The translations under genes were made by a program, and so were the position numbers. A stretch of DNA of 64,000 nucleotides from Balanoglossus misakiensis (lineage: Eukaryota; Animalia; Hemichordata), in assembly GCA_040954595.2 (NCBI GenBank), contig CM082588.2:6150202-6214201 (forward strand). The letters run 5' to 3'. This document shows positions 38,454 through 50,900 of this stretch, one piece after another (within the stretch, counting starts at the first letter, position 1; every line of letters starts with the position of its first letter). The notes under the pieces were generated by a model. That model did no database searches. It saw only the letters and a program-made list of their open reading frames with translations, and was not told the DNA's origin.

Positions 38454-38488
<35 letters not shown>

Positions 38489-41400
38489 GGGGGATCAAAT
38501 TTTAGCGTTCACAACTAAAATATGGTTAAACCCTCACTGTTCCCTGTGGCATGGCTGAACCATTTTGCAGTAAAGAGGGGTAAAGATTGGTTAAAATACC
38601 CATTTCAGCCCTGCTATGTTTCAAAGAACATTCCTTACCCGATGTCTACTGAGCTGAACTTCCAAGACATCAACGGTCTGTCCCACATCGTCAACATGTT
38701 CCATAGTCTCTTCCATCTTGACCAGCCAGTTGAAGAGTTCGTCCTTCCACTCGTGGAACTGATGCGAGTCCTCCAGCATGCTGTCCAGCTGATTCTTCCG
38801 ACTGGTCACCTTGGAAACCGCATCATTCCAGTGCTCCTTCAATCTATTCACTGCACCACAAAACACAAAGAAATTTAATCTAACTTGATAGAACTAAAGT
38901 CACACAGAACTATTTGAAATTGATCATGCAAAGTAGCCTTTTTCTGACAAAAATATTAGTGATCATTTTCAAGAGATTTATTTTTCTGTCTCATGTTTCA
39001 ATTTCTATCAGTGAACTGAACAAACACTTTTAGGAATTACACACAGACGAAAGAAGTACATATTTTCAGTACTTGGTGGCGCTATACAGGACTATCCCGA
39101 GCCAACCCTCACCTTTCTCTTCCAGAACTCTCTTGTCACTCTCGTTCTGCGACTCCGCTTTCAGATTCTCTCCTTTATTGATGAGTTCGTCCAGATGTGG
39201 CTGTTTGGCTTCAAGGTCATTCAGAACACCCTGCATAAAGTAAACAGTAGCTTTCACATGAATAATTAAGACCGGAGCAAATTAACCTAATTCAAAACTG
39301 CACCAGATTTCATATTTCTTATCTTTCATATGGATTTGTGGCTGGAGACTGAATGAAAGAAAACTATGTTCATTGTGAGCCAACTTCATTTACAATCAAT
39401 AAACCCTAAACACCAAAGACTTCACTGTAACATTCCACCCATCCTTCAGGCAAACAACCAAAAACACACCAAAAACGATTTTACCACACACATGTTAAGA
39501 TCAATAAAATGGGAATTAAAGCAAAACAAACAGTGATGAATATAAAGAAATAAAGTGAAGAAAGAAATTTGTTAAGGATGACAGGTTGGGAGTTTAATAT
39601 TTTGCTTAAAAGTTAAAATATTCAGTGCTGAAAGTTCAACGGTATAATTTCAGTTTCCTTCCCTCCCTTTACGTTTTTACAGTTACAGTGTTGCCTTTTA
39701 AACCTTATTTCCCCCAAAGCCACGTCAGCGACAACAAGGGACCGACGCACACAGACCTCCAACTGCCGCATTCCTAGTGCAACATCGGTAACCAAAGCCT
39801 TAATTTCTTCCAAGTCGGTCGAAGCTATCTGACACAAGCCCTGCTCAACATAATTCAACCATCCGTGTTTCTGCACAGTGAATCAAGAGTGGGGCAGAGT
39901 CAGTGTCAAATGCTGCACCGGCCAATGTTGATGTGTTGCCATTTTTGCTTGGCGTGCACAAAGATAATGGTCATTTTCAGGCCAAAAATTCAGGCAACTT
40001 TTTTCATTTTTAATAACAATTCGACATCAATTTGGTACAAGGCTAAACAATTTGTACTCAATAGCAAACCCTGATGAGACATGACACGATAATAAGTCTA
40101 AGTAAGGCAAAATGATGGAAGCCAGCGCTATTGTAATTTTGGTAAATTTGGAATGATATACTGAGATGATATGTTTTTGAATGTATCTTGGCTGAATAAA
40201 ATACCATATTACCCATTGAAGACTAAACTACCTCCGTCTTAATCAGAAAATAATTATAACATTTCCACAAATGTTTTGAAGAGTAAAATAGACCTTTCCC
40301 ATAAAAGCAACCAGCGATTGCATCGAAAATAATTGTCATTTTTCCTACTGCATCATTTGGGGATTCTGTGGCTTTTTATTTTGAAATCATGCAAACTTGA
40401 TCACATTTATGTAAAACGTTGAATGGATGGAAAACGCACAGTTGGTCACAAATGAGCATGCAGGGTGAACTGATGCACGCAAGCAGGACAAATAATAACA
40501 TGCAGAAGAAGACCTTTGCAGGGATGCATTGAGGGTTGCGTATCACATGAATGGGAGGCATATGTACTGGGTAATTTACGATGAAGTTAGTATTTATCGA
40601 AACACCACTAAAATCACAATCATTCAGTCAAAAAATTTCAACCAAAAATACCTTCTGTTTGATAATTATCTCCTCAATTTCTTCAACGTCTCCCACGGTT
40701 ACGATCTGCGACTTCAGCATGTGGTCAAGCAACGTCAACCAGTCGCGCAGTTCAGCCACTGCTTTGTCGAAGTCCGGCCAGGGTGACGGCGATTCGATGG
40801 GTCTTGCAGGAGCCGAGTCGACCTGGTCTGGGGCGGCCGCGTGAGTGGTGGTGGTCACCATGGTTTGGGTTATTATCACTGGAGGAAAGAAAACATGTGC
40901 ACTTCAAAAACGAAGTATCAAATTCTCACATATGGATCCAACTACAGCACCCTGGGAAGCATGTACTGTTTGTGTTTTTAAACATACCATGTAGATTTTT
41001 TTAATATAACCACCTATCATACAATCTATCCAACAAAAGTGCAACAATTAACCAAAAAGGGAAAAAAATATATTTACCCGTTTGCTCTCTAAAGACCTTG
41101 GACTCAATATCGGCGTCGGAAATCGGCCGAAGATGAGTGGCCATGTGTTTTATCTTGGCCCAGTCCATGTTCAGTTTGTCCACCTTTTCCCGGATGTGGT
41201 CCGGCAGGGTGGCTCCCATGCTGGCTGCTTCCATTGTCAAGGCTTTGAAGGTGTTGCTGACGCTGTCGATGTTGGCTTGTCTGGCTCGTAGGGCCTCCTG
41301 CATTGTCTGCAACAAGAAACATGCGTTTAGTACCATCTGACTCAAATGTGAAAATAACGTTTATCGGAGCATACTAGTATACCCTTTCATCCTTATTTCC

Positions 41401-44400
41401 CTCTGTAGAGGTCCATCATTCCCATAGCAAACAATGAGGTTGGACCAAACCATAGTAGCGGTGGTGGACACACATGCTCACACACACATGCACGCACACA
41501 TGAACACACATGTACAACATCTGCCATCTGTAATTCAACTGCTAACCTCCATCATACATGTGTACGGACTTGCGTGTGATCACAACCACAAAACGGTACA
41601 AAATTTTGTCATCTGCTTCATTCAATTTTCAATCACCTTTGGATCAACAACAAATGAATCATTCACACACACACATTGAACAACATCTACCATCAGTATT
41701 TCAACTGTTCGCCTCCATCATACACAGGGGCTTGGGTGTGTGATCATGTCCACAAGACGGTACCATATTACGAAATTAAGTTCTGTCCTTCATTCAATTT
41801 ACCTTTGGATCAACCACCAACGAATCGTGTTCCTCGTTTGAAGTCGCCGACCCAACAGGTCCCTGCTGCGTCTCCAGTAACTCCATGGTTGCGTTCATCC
41901 ACACGCCCAACTCCTCCAACTCTTCAATGAAAGTCCGCACTATGTGCAGCTTGTCCTCTAGCATGTGACGGAATTTCGGTAAAGTGGAAGACACATATTC
42001 CCATCTTGTGTTGAGGTTGTGTAATTCTCGCTGTATTTCTACAGTCTTGGCACTGGGCTCACCAGCCTGTACAACTAGTTTCTCACCCTTTTGATTTGCA
42101 GACGTCAAGGAATCTTGACGTTTTGGAAGCTCATCCTCTCTATCCTGTAAACAATAAAATATAAAATAGGGGATTGAGAAAAGCAAATAAATCTTGAGTT
42201 GACATCATTATCATCTTGACAACACCTACATACAACCACAATCTATTTCGTAAGTCTGATGTATGGGTCCAGAAAATCTCATACATTTCTTGTTTATTTC
42301 CACATTGATTAGCATTCTTTTTCTTTCTTTTTACGTATCATTGATGTATTTTAGCTGGCAAGGAATGTTAAAATTCACTGGGGCATGTCAGTTTATTATT
42401 CAGATTGTCCTGAACAGTAAACCTTTAGTGTCACCATTTCACACTCAAAACAATTTTGACACAGATTGTATCTCTTGTGATAAACCGTTTAAGCACGGTC
42501 GTTTTTTCAGTCAGACATTTCTTTTATTGAAATCTCCCAGATTTTACTAAGCAGTGTGAATGAGATTGGTTTTCACTCTAAGAGGTTGCGACTATAGCTA
42601 CAAAGACCAACATCAAACCTCACTCCATCCACGCTGCAGACAATCATGGACCTCCGTGATTTTTCTTGACTCACCCTGACTTTGTCAAGTAAATCGTGAA
42701 GCGACTCATCGTCGGCCGGGATGGGCAAGGGCTTCTTCATCATCCCCTCGCACTCATCCAACCAAAACAACAAATCGTCTAAATCTTCCTGGAAGTCCTC
42801 GTGTTCAACTATCTCTGCATCAAACCTTTGAAAGACAAAAAAAGAAAACAGATCAAGATATTTTTTTCTTTTTTAACCACAAACATGGTCATTAACAATT
42901 CCCACCAGGATCTTCCCCTCCCCAATATCACAAGTCCTCCCCTTACAATCTCAGCTGCTGAGTGGCAAGGTACAGTTACTCACAAACCACCCACTCACCT
43001 TTCTCTCCTGTCCGACACCTCCGCGCACACATTCCTCCAGCGGATATTGAGTCCTTCGAGTTTTTCTCGGAGCAGGTTGGCATCCACGGCATTGCACTGC
43101 CTGATGATGTCCTCTCCAGATGCATTCAGTGAAGACACTGTCTTCTGGTACGTTGCTATGCCATCAAGTAAGACCTGCAAGAACACAACACAAAATCACT
43201 ACAATCAATACTGTTCTTTGGTGTTGATTGTTAATGTGGATAAGAACAAACACCTCAAAATGTCATTATGATGGTTAGCTAAGACATTTCATCGTCTAGA
43301 TATATACAGCAAGCATACACAAAATATAAACAGCGCCATCGTGTGGCATAAACGAGCAAGCATCTTAGTGGTAGGGTTCCTTGTTCAATGCGACCCAAGG
43401 CCGTATTTCTAATTCACTGACATCTGAGTCAGTACGACCTCAGACTTCAGACAGAAGGAGCACAGGGTTGACGTACAACTTCCACAACCTGCGGCTACCA
43501 GGTGGCAATGTACCACATCATTCAAGTCCCCATTTTATCAAGTCCATTAAAAACATCCAACTCTTGACACTGCCAAACCAGAAATGTCAGCCACAAAGTT
43601 CACACACCTGCCGGCTTTCTCAGGTTTTTATCGCTTTAATTCCCGTCATTTCCGTTCAGGTTGATTGAACCTCGAGGAAATGCAGGGAGAATTTATTATC
43701 CGGCTGTATTTGATGAATGTCCGGAGAAACCATAAAACTACCGTGTTGTTTGGCATTTCCTGTCTGTCAGATTAAAACCGGAAACCAATGCACAGAAACC
43801 ATACCAATGTGACAAGCAATTTCATAGCCAGTTCACCAAACTAAAACCTTCATTCGTGTTTATCAGATTATGTGCCATGAGAGTGATATTTTGTTTTTTT
43901 GAAAGGATGAAAAAAGTAACCCAAACGACGATAGACTACACAAGTTTGAATTTCATTAAAGTTCATCAGCATGATTAGCAAGACAGTGACACAACCACAC
44001 ATCGTAGACACACATGTCTTCATAGACTGAGTTCCACGTGCAAATTAGTATGCGTTCCACAAGCTACACTTTCAGAGTGCAAAGAGCCGTGAGTTGACAC
44101 AGTTCATTTGAGGAAATACACTTTGTAAGCCGAGCACACAAGTATATCCGAATGAATGGTGTCCAAACTCCGCGTCTCAGCTGTTCAATTTACAGACTCT
44201 GTATGTCTGTGATAAAGAGCCATGTCAGCAGAGTGGACACTTCAAGTGGCACTCAAAAGATGAACCCTCCCTACTTCAAATCTTCCCAGTTTATTGAGTG
44301 CATGGAAGTTATTTTTCAGTTGTCTGAGTAGGAATGCTAATTTTTGACAAAACTAGTCAAAGCCATCTACTAGTATTACACTCAGCTTTTTTACATGTGG

Positions 44401-47400
44401 GTCACTTTATGTTAATGTTATTTTAATTATTTTAAAGTATTTATTCAAATCATTGAAATCTTTTTAAGGATGAATTGACTTTGAGCAAAATAAAACTCAA
44501 ATTCAAACTTTCTAATGAGGAAAATTACATGTAAATTTGCCTAACAACCAAGCAAGCAGTGGCAATCAAATGGAGTGCAGTCCACACTACCGGTATGTGG
44601 TAATGTTGTAAACAGTGGTTGCTGTCGAAAATGGCATATATACGCAGTCATAGAAATGCACGTTTACTGGGGCTGAATTAAAGTTTCAGGGCTTTCAAGA
44701 ACTTTAGAAAAACCCTACATTTAAAGTAATTTCTTCCTCGACCTGTTAAACAGGATCAGAGAACTCCAATATTGTACCGATCGACAGGATTGCCAGACGG
44801 CATAATGGGGTTGAGACAGAGTAATTGGATGTTAAGTGAATGGCAGAATTGTCCTGTAAAATATGGATCAATCATTCTCACAGGCTGAAGTTGGCTGCGT
44901 GAATGATCAAACGCAGAATTCACCATCAATCAGACCGAAGCTCTCTCCCTCTCTGGTGAAGTCAGCCACCAATAACCCCGCTGGGAACCGTGATGAAACG
45001 CAATCCATCAATTTCTCTGCCGGCTGCTCTTTTCAAGAGAAACCTCATCAGAAATGTCGAAATTTTAATTTCTCAATGTCTTTGAAATATCCCGTGATTA
45101 AGTTTCTTGTTGAGCACAGTTTACGAGAGGAAAGGCAAAAGTCAAAAGGGACTCCTTTTCCAAATTGGATTAGTATTTCCTTTAATGTTTTAAATGATAC
45201 CTGTGGCTGTAGAAAAATTACAGCTGGCTGTCGGCTCAAGAAAATTTCTCATGTGTGAAAAGTGAGGATTTAGAAGCCATGGCAACCGTCTCCCTCAGGA
45301 AAATTGACTGTGTTGCTTGCAATTTTTATTATCTTCATGTCCTATGTCAGTCTGCTTGGGTATCTGATACTACTGAAAACATATATGCAGGCTTGCACGC
45401 TTCAGATAACTGAATTCATAGAATGTGATCTCGGGTTCACACATTTAAATATTCATGTTATGCAAATTATCAAATTTAAATTTGAATATTAATAAAGAAC
45501 TTATCAATTATGCTAACAACCACCAGGAAAATTAACAGTGTTTTAATTTTTGAAAAATGCTAAATCTTAGAGATATTATTTCCCTTGATGCTTATGTCAT
45601 AGACGTGTTAAATTCTAAATCTAGGCCACTGCTGATTTCACGACATGACCAGAATATTCATATGCTACCTGTCAGTCAGACCTCATTAGCATACCACTAT
45701 ACATAAGGAAAAGAAACAGCAAGATAGCAATTACTGTCACTGGCGTCTCCACAATCAAGCCTGATTTGATTAATGCTGGTCTACCAGTGGCTGATTGCAG
45801 ACATTTGACGGCACAAACTGCGTACACGGACATTTTATAATCAACGCAGAAGGGAAAATGGACTTCAGATGAAATGTGAATGCAATTGGGATGCTAGAAA
45901 TCAACATGTCACGACTTCATTTCGGTTTCAAGGTAACTTCTCAAGTAGACCTACCATATATGGGCATCCTTCAACTGGCAACTGAGAAGTGGTGATAAAG
46001 AGTTATGTTCCAAATCGATGTGAAATATCGCAGATGACATTTAGCTAAACTGCAGTAAAATTTGAATTGGAAATTTAAAACAAATCTTTACTATATTATC
46101 TTACTCGGTAAAATGTTAACAAAATTGAATAGAATTTTAGTGCCAAACGCCATCATCGGAGGTGCAATAAAGATATGCATTGAAAATTTCCACCAATTAC
46201 CCAAGCTGATAACTTGCATCGGGGGTTCATAAAAAATAGTGACGGGCCAATTCTAATTTCATCATAAAAACTGAATGTCACCTTCTGTCTAGCCTTGGCT
46301 CTGTCGTAGTCCAGTTCTCCAGAGTGAGTTGTTGTCTCTCGGATAATGTCTTCGGCTTCTGACAGCCAGGAGGCAAGGTCTTTCAGGTCACAGTGGAACT
46401 GTCGCCACTGCTCCAGGGACTTCTTGAAACGCCTGGAACATAAACAGAAGAATATTCAATGATTGGATGCATTCACTAAGGCAGTAATTTTGTATTTGCA
46501 AAAAAAAATCATCCAATTGCATTTAGTAATCCTTTCAAAACACCGTTCAGCCTAAGTTTTAATTGAGGGCACACAGACCCATATTCTGGATTGTTTGAAC
46601 CCTAGACTGAAGTAGCCTGATACAAAGCTTTTATGTTATAAGAAAGTGTTTTTTTTAATGTAGTCAGCGTTTTCAAAGTTATAGCTGGAGCCATGCTACA
46701 CCACTTTCCTGATTTCAAAAGAATACAACCAATTTCTTTGCTATGAGCGAAGTACAGACATATCTTATACATTGCGTTTTCCATTACATTAAAAGGTAAA
46801 CTGAACTTCCACTAACTGAGGCAACTATATAGTGCAATAGTATATGATAAATTATTCACACTACATTTTAGTGGAATTAACGTCTTAAATGTCATCACTG
46901 CCTCCATTATAGGGAACATCTGTGAATGTTATTCAGCGCAAAAACTGCTGAAACACCTTTCAGATGTTGCAGACTATGAATTGGTCAGTTACGGAGATTT
47001 CTAACAGTGTTTTACTGACGCCTCAGTGGCGACACGCCAAACAACAATGCGCACTTCTCAGCTCGATGCAGCTGTTGAGAAGTCAGTACAGACGCTCTCC
47101 AGTCCTTCAAACAGTATTAAAACATCTTCTGCGTTTCCACACGGAAACTTCGAGTTTCTCTTTTTACATTCATGGAACAGCCCTTCAGATCAGCTCTTTG
47201 CCGTGAACTGTCTCTCTCGAGGCCAAACCAGTGAATTAAAAGGATTTCGCTGGAGTAAATAATGCAGGCTTTATCATTAAGCGAGACTGTCACGTAGGGT
47301 GGATGGCACCACACGCACACTGCCAACATAGACATTGTATCTAGGGGGCATCAAGAGTTAGTTCTGAGATTACAACAGACATTTCGCTGCTCGCAAAGTC

Positions 47401-47937
47401 GTCGATATCACTGAACTCAATTGCCCCTGCTGGGGTTCATGTATGGCTTTATGAAACTAGATGCCCGTATGTTAAAACCTCTGATTCATAACAGTTATAA
47501 GTTGAGCATCAAGTCAGTGTTGATAAAATACGCAGCCATTCTCACTCTAATATTGTCAAGATACATGTACTGTGTCCTGTAGGGTTTTTCGGACATACTA
47601 TAAAGGATGATACTTCGGTACATACCAATGAGTGATGCCTGATATGATAAACATTCATTCAAAATACTGGGACTTTCACAAACTCTCGAGGAACATATGG
47701 ATAGCTGTGAGCTCATCTCCGAACACGTCTGGAGATGTAACTGAATGAAAGAAAGACGTCTTACCCATGCCTGTCGTTGTACTCCCTGTTGACTTTCTCC
47801 CATTCTCCCCGTAATTTATCCATCACCTTCTCAATGTTGGTCTTCTCTGCAGGATCGGCCTGTGAGATGACAACATCTTGCTGTTTGTTGGCCGCGTCAA
47901 CACTGGGGTTGATCGTGTCCAGGGCTTCCTTGATAGC
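19485..47937 (-). CDS. DMD: Dystrophin, 3' half (32 exons, 1690 aa; distal spectrin repeats, hinge 3, WW, EF-hand, ZZ and coiled-coil domains); upstream exons lie beyond the right edge
   Basis: Exons in transcript order: 47765-47937, 46282-46432, 42999-43174, 42675-42825, 41803-42144, 41078-41306, 40652-40878, 39113-39230, 38639-38850, 38004-38158, 37034-37223, 28756-28928, 27854-28116, 27515-27645, 27225-27359, 26766-26991, 26161-26221, 25658-25794, 25031-25235, 24789-24874, 24438-24595, 23930-24136, 23708-23779, 23235-23371, 22950-23018, 22678-22731, 22302-22365, 22029-22120, 21539-21779, 20954-21137, 19989-20132, 19485-19594. Total 5073 nt, all GT-AG, one continuous frame. Diagnostic peptides: [126 protein letters not shown]. 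Confidence 0.97.
23235..26221 (-). CDS. DMD: Dystrophin cysteine-rich region exons: WW, EF-hand and ZZ (homologues of DMD exons 62-70)
   Basis: WW ([27 protein letters not shown]), EF region ([26 protein letters not shown]) and ZZ ([34 protein letters not shown]...HPMQEYC). Confidence 0.97.
23425..23517. mobile_element. piggyBac-type MITE copy
   Basis: tcaacccttccacccc...tagaggtcc...ccatagaaaacaatggatttggaccaaaccatggtggtgaacagtgttaa, collinear with the 25315 copy. Confidence 0.75.
25315..25407. mobile_element. ~93-bp piggyBac-type MITE (best-preserved copy)
   Basis: Perfect 14-bp inverted ends TTAACCCTTTCACC...GGTGAAAGGGTTAA. A TTAA target site with CCC/GGG termini is the piggyBac hallmark. 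Confidence 0.8.
26766..47937 (-). CDS. DMD: Dystrophin rod-domain exons (homologues of DMD exons 43-61)
   Basis: Spectrin-repeat signatures such as [69 protein letters not shown] and [22 protein letters not shown]. Confidence 0.93.
27105..27166. repeat. (AG)n/(AGAC)n microsatellite
   Basis: Directly visible in a dystrophin intron. Confidence 0.9.
28131..28381. repeat. Diverged direct duplication (~110-135 bp)
   Basis: gagagatttgaatgag..gtaactaac..tgttacta..ataacagtgcact..ccaaact.aaattata..ggccaataatttcc..gctgaaaa occurs twice. Confidence 0.8.
29723..29855. repeat. Short dispersed direct repeats (cctcttccaagg x3)
   Basis: ccctcttccaagggcgaaaattcagg, cctcttccaagggtgaaaattcagg and ccctcttccaaggac. 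Confidence 0.7.
34475..34567. mobile_element. piggyBac-type MITE copy
   Basis: ttaatcttctcacccc...tagaggtc...aaaacaatacatttggaccaaaccatggtagtgaaggggttaa. Confidence 0.75.
38456..38486. repeat. (GT)n microsatellite
   Basis: Directly visible. Confidence 0.95.
39673..39870 (-). CDS. Candidate dystrophin cassette exon between the exon-51 and exon-52 homologues
   Basis: Acceptor CTGAC-tctgccccactcttgattcactgtgCAG, open phase-0 frame, and phase-0 donors after 39757 (GAG|GTCTGT) or 39673 (AAC|GTAAAG). Confidence 0.4.
41381..41465. mobile_element. piggyBac-type MITE copy (right end lost)
   Basis: accctttcatcc...ctgtagaggtcc...ccatagcaaacaatgaggttggaccaaaccatagtagcg. Confidence 0.7.
41514..41826. 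repeat. 166-bp-period duplication that includes a dystrophin exon end and 5' splice site
   Basis: acaacatct.ccatc...cctccatcatac...tgtgatca...cttcattcaatt...acctttggatcaac.a..aa.gaatc at 41514-41660 and 41680-41826. Confidence 0.8.
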
Positions 47938-50900
47938 CTGCAATGTCAGCAGAAAGGGGACGAGATAATAAGCTCACTGCAGATACGACTGATGGCATCC
48001 CCACGAAAAGAATACTCATTAAAACCAACTTTTTGCGATTGCGACGGCAATATTGTATGTAAAGGTTATTAATCTGGGCTAGCGAGTTCCATCTCATCAC
48101 TGTGAACAAGAACTAGCCTGACATACAATCTCGCGGTCATTTAGATGAAAATTGTATGCTTTTTTGATTAAGCCTATATATCGTGCTCATGCATCCCTGA
48201 GTAAATGTGAAACGTCTGCTCAGCCAATGCAGGTAACTTTAATCAGGTACTTGACAGTGTAATGGAACCTTTTCAGAGATCAAATTGTGATGAACTGAAA
48301 TGCCGTCTCTGATTTCAATCTCATGGATGTTGGATCCACAGACTCTTGGTGGCTTTCAAACACCACAAACAGACAATACCATAGAAAATGTAAATATCAC
48401 ACACTTATACAGTAATACAAACATTCTTTGGACACTTTCCATATATACGTATTTTCAGACAAAACCATTCACACAGAAGGATTACGATTATGATGTCCAA
48501 AACACAAATGAAAGGCATAACTTTTACTCTATAGACAGAAAAAACAGATGTACACACACATACACTGCGTGCTGAATTCACTTTCACTTCTGAATTTGTA
48601 CATCACATCATACATGAACAGGATATCAGGTCATTTGCATACTCACTCATATACAGACAAAGGTAAGTCAGTTTAGAGACAAAACAGTGTATACTGATCC
48701 TGTCCAGATGGTCAATATCAGTAATTCTTCCACACGAGAGGAAAACAACCATGAAAACTTCGGCCTGTGTTTAACTGGTGATGAAGTAGTTCACACTCAC
48801 AGCGAAGGTGATGCTAAAATCTAGCCGTACATTGCAAACCGTGTGACTGTTACCCAGTCCTACCCAGATGGTACTGAGACACATCAGGCAGGCATACAAA
48901 TATATATGTATCCATCCATGTACAAAACGTACTAAATATGCGATATCAATCACATATATTTCACACATCATGACTCTCATAATTGATGTCAGAATAATAA
49001 ACAAGTTCAGGAAATCCTAAGAAGGCAATTTCTGTGATTTATGGCGTCAAAGCAGACATTCAACAAATGGGTGATCTATAATCGGAAATAATGATTCCTC
49101 CTGATAGCGAAGTTTGTCCTCTCTTGTATGATGTCACTGGTGATATGAGGATTTACTGTGTCAAAAAAAACTTTGATGAGGTGCCGGAGTTGTCAGATGG
49201 AGCAAACGCAACGATCCGGGAAAAGCTCTCGCGAACCACTGACTATCCATTTGGAGAGGCAATTACCCTTTTGGAAACCATTCAGTGATGGTTTCCCTGT
49301 TGTGGGAATATAGTGTGCCACCTGAGTTTTTAAAAGTGCCACAGAACGTAATGATCTTGGTTTGACACCCTTACTTTTTATTTCAGCAAAGCCATCAGAT
49401 ATAAAATGGTGCTTACGCATCCACTGGGAGATATTTATCAAAGAAACACAGCATGACGCAAGATTATGTTCTACCATCCATGGCGAGACTGCAGTTTACT
49501 TTCCATGGCTAGATGTTTCAACTCATGATATCATAAACTCAGAGAGTGACTTTTCAATAACTAGTTATTCATTTTAAAAACTGCAATTTATCCAACTTAT
49601 GCCATATGTCTAAATTAAAATAAGGTGACAGGATCAGGTGTTTAAGTGTTATCTATACAAATCCACATCCCTAATTAGTTATACATTGCCCTTTATTTTT
49701 GCTGCTCTCTTTTTCGCAATCTAGCATTCAAGAATTCACTTCTAACCGACTAGAATTTGATTAGTTTCAGCATGAGGATTTGGGTTTCTTAGAGTGTTAA
49801 GCTCACAGTTTACTTGAGAGAAAATCATGGTGCTTTCATCAACTCCACACATGACTGCTCACAGCACTGACGAATGGTTTTGCCTTACGTGGGGGATTAA
49901 CACAGATTGTTTCAATCTCGCAACTAGAATATGTGCCCATGTTGAGTTTATTGAATACAAGAATGAATGTGCCCTGAGGTGGTAAACAGACTAAGGGTGA
50001 TCATTTATCAGTATGGGGGCAACCACAAATTAAATCTGTTTTCCCTCTTGGGAGCGATGTGGCTATATACAGTTTATATTTGCATTTTTAAATTTTTGAC
50101 AGAAACAAATGGCGGCTAAGTGACTGAACAAACCAGACCACGTCATCACCGCAACACGCAAAATAGCTGTAGGACTCTATTCATAACACATGTATTTGGA
50201 GATTTATGGAGCCATTATAGGCTTATCTTGGTGTTTCATCGTTTTCAGTAAATCAGTCCGGAGTAAGACACATTCACCTTCTAATGACTAGGACAAGTAC
50301 TGTTGAAATCACTCTTCTCCGCCATGAAAGCATTTAGAAACATAGCCTGTCGACAGAAGAAGTGATTAACATCGCATCAAGTCAGAGAAAATATTTGCGG
50401 GATGGGGCTCTTAATTTATCCAGGAAGATTCATGGTCCGAATATAGCATCGGTATGTATATTCCTGTGGTGTATGAGAAGCATATATCAGTCTAAGCACA
50501 TTGTGTCTTGGACATCTAATTGAATTACAAATTACAGGCTGCTGTGCATTGGGACAGCGTTTATCACTCGTGCATGTTCCATCAAATACCTCTTCCCTAG
50601 CAAAACTCTGTCCCGAGTGGCGTTAGGCGCAAAGTAAGATCTAAAAAAAATTCCCTATTTCACACCTGGGTGTATTGACGCTATGATATCCGACACTTCA
50701 CTTTTTTCCCTAGTTTAAGAATGACGAAAAAGCTGAATCCAGAAATGACACACAACGGAAACTTCTGTCTTTCATAGAAAAAAACTTACGGCATCCAAAA
50801 GACAAAACTTCAGCCTTCAACTGAATGCATTCATCCTATTGTTATCAGAGCCGATAGACGATGAATGAATTATCACCACATTAATAAAAACACCTACACT

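Noticed and set aside
21529-47968. Plus-strand ORFs overlapping dystrophin exons (e.g. 23043, 27862, 38522, 42801)
   Set aside because: Antisense shadows of real minus-strand exons.
48801-49004. ORF ending GCT|GTGAGT in phase 0
   Set aside because: Low-complexity AT-rich composition and no leader, so it may be chance and is not listed as a feature.
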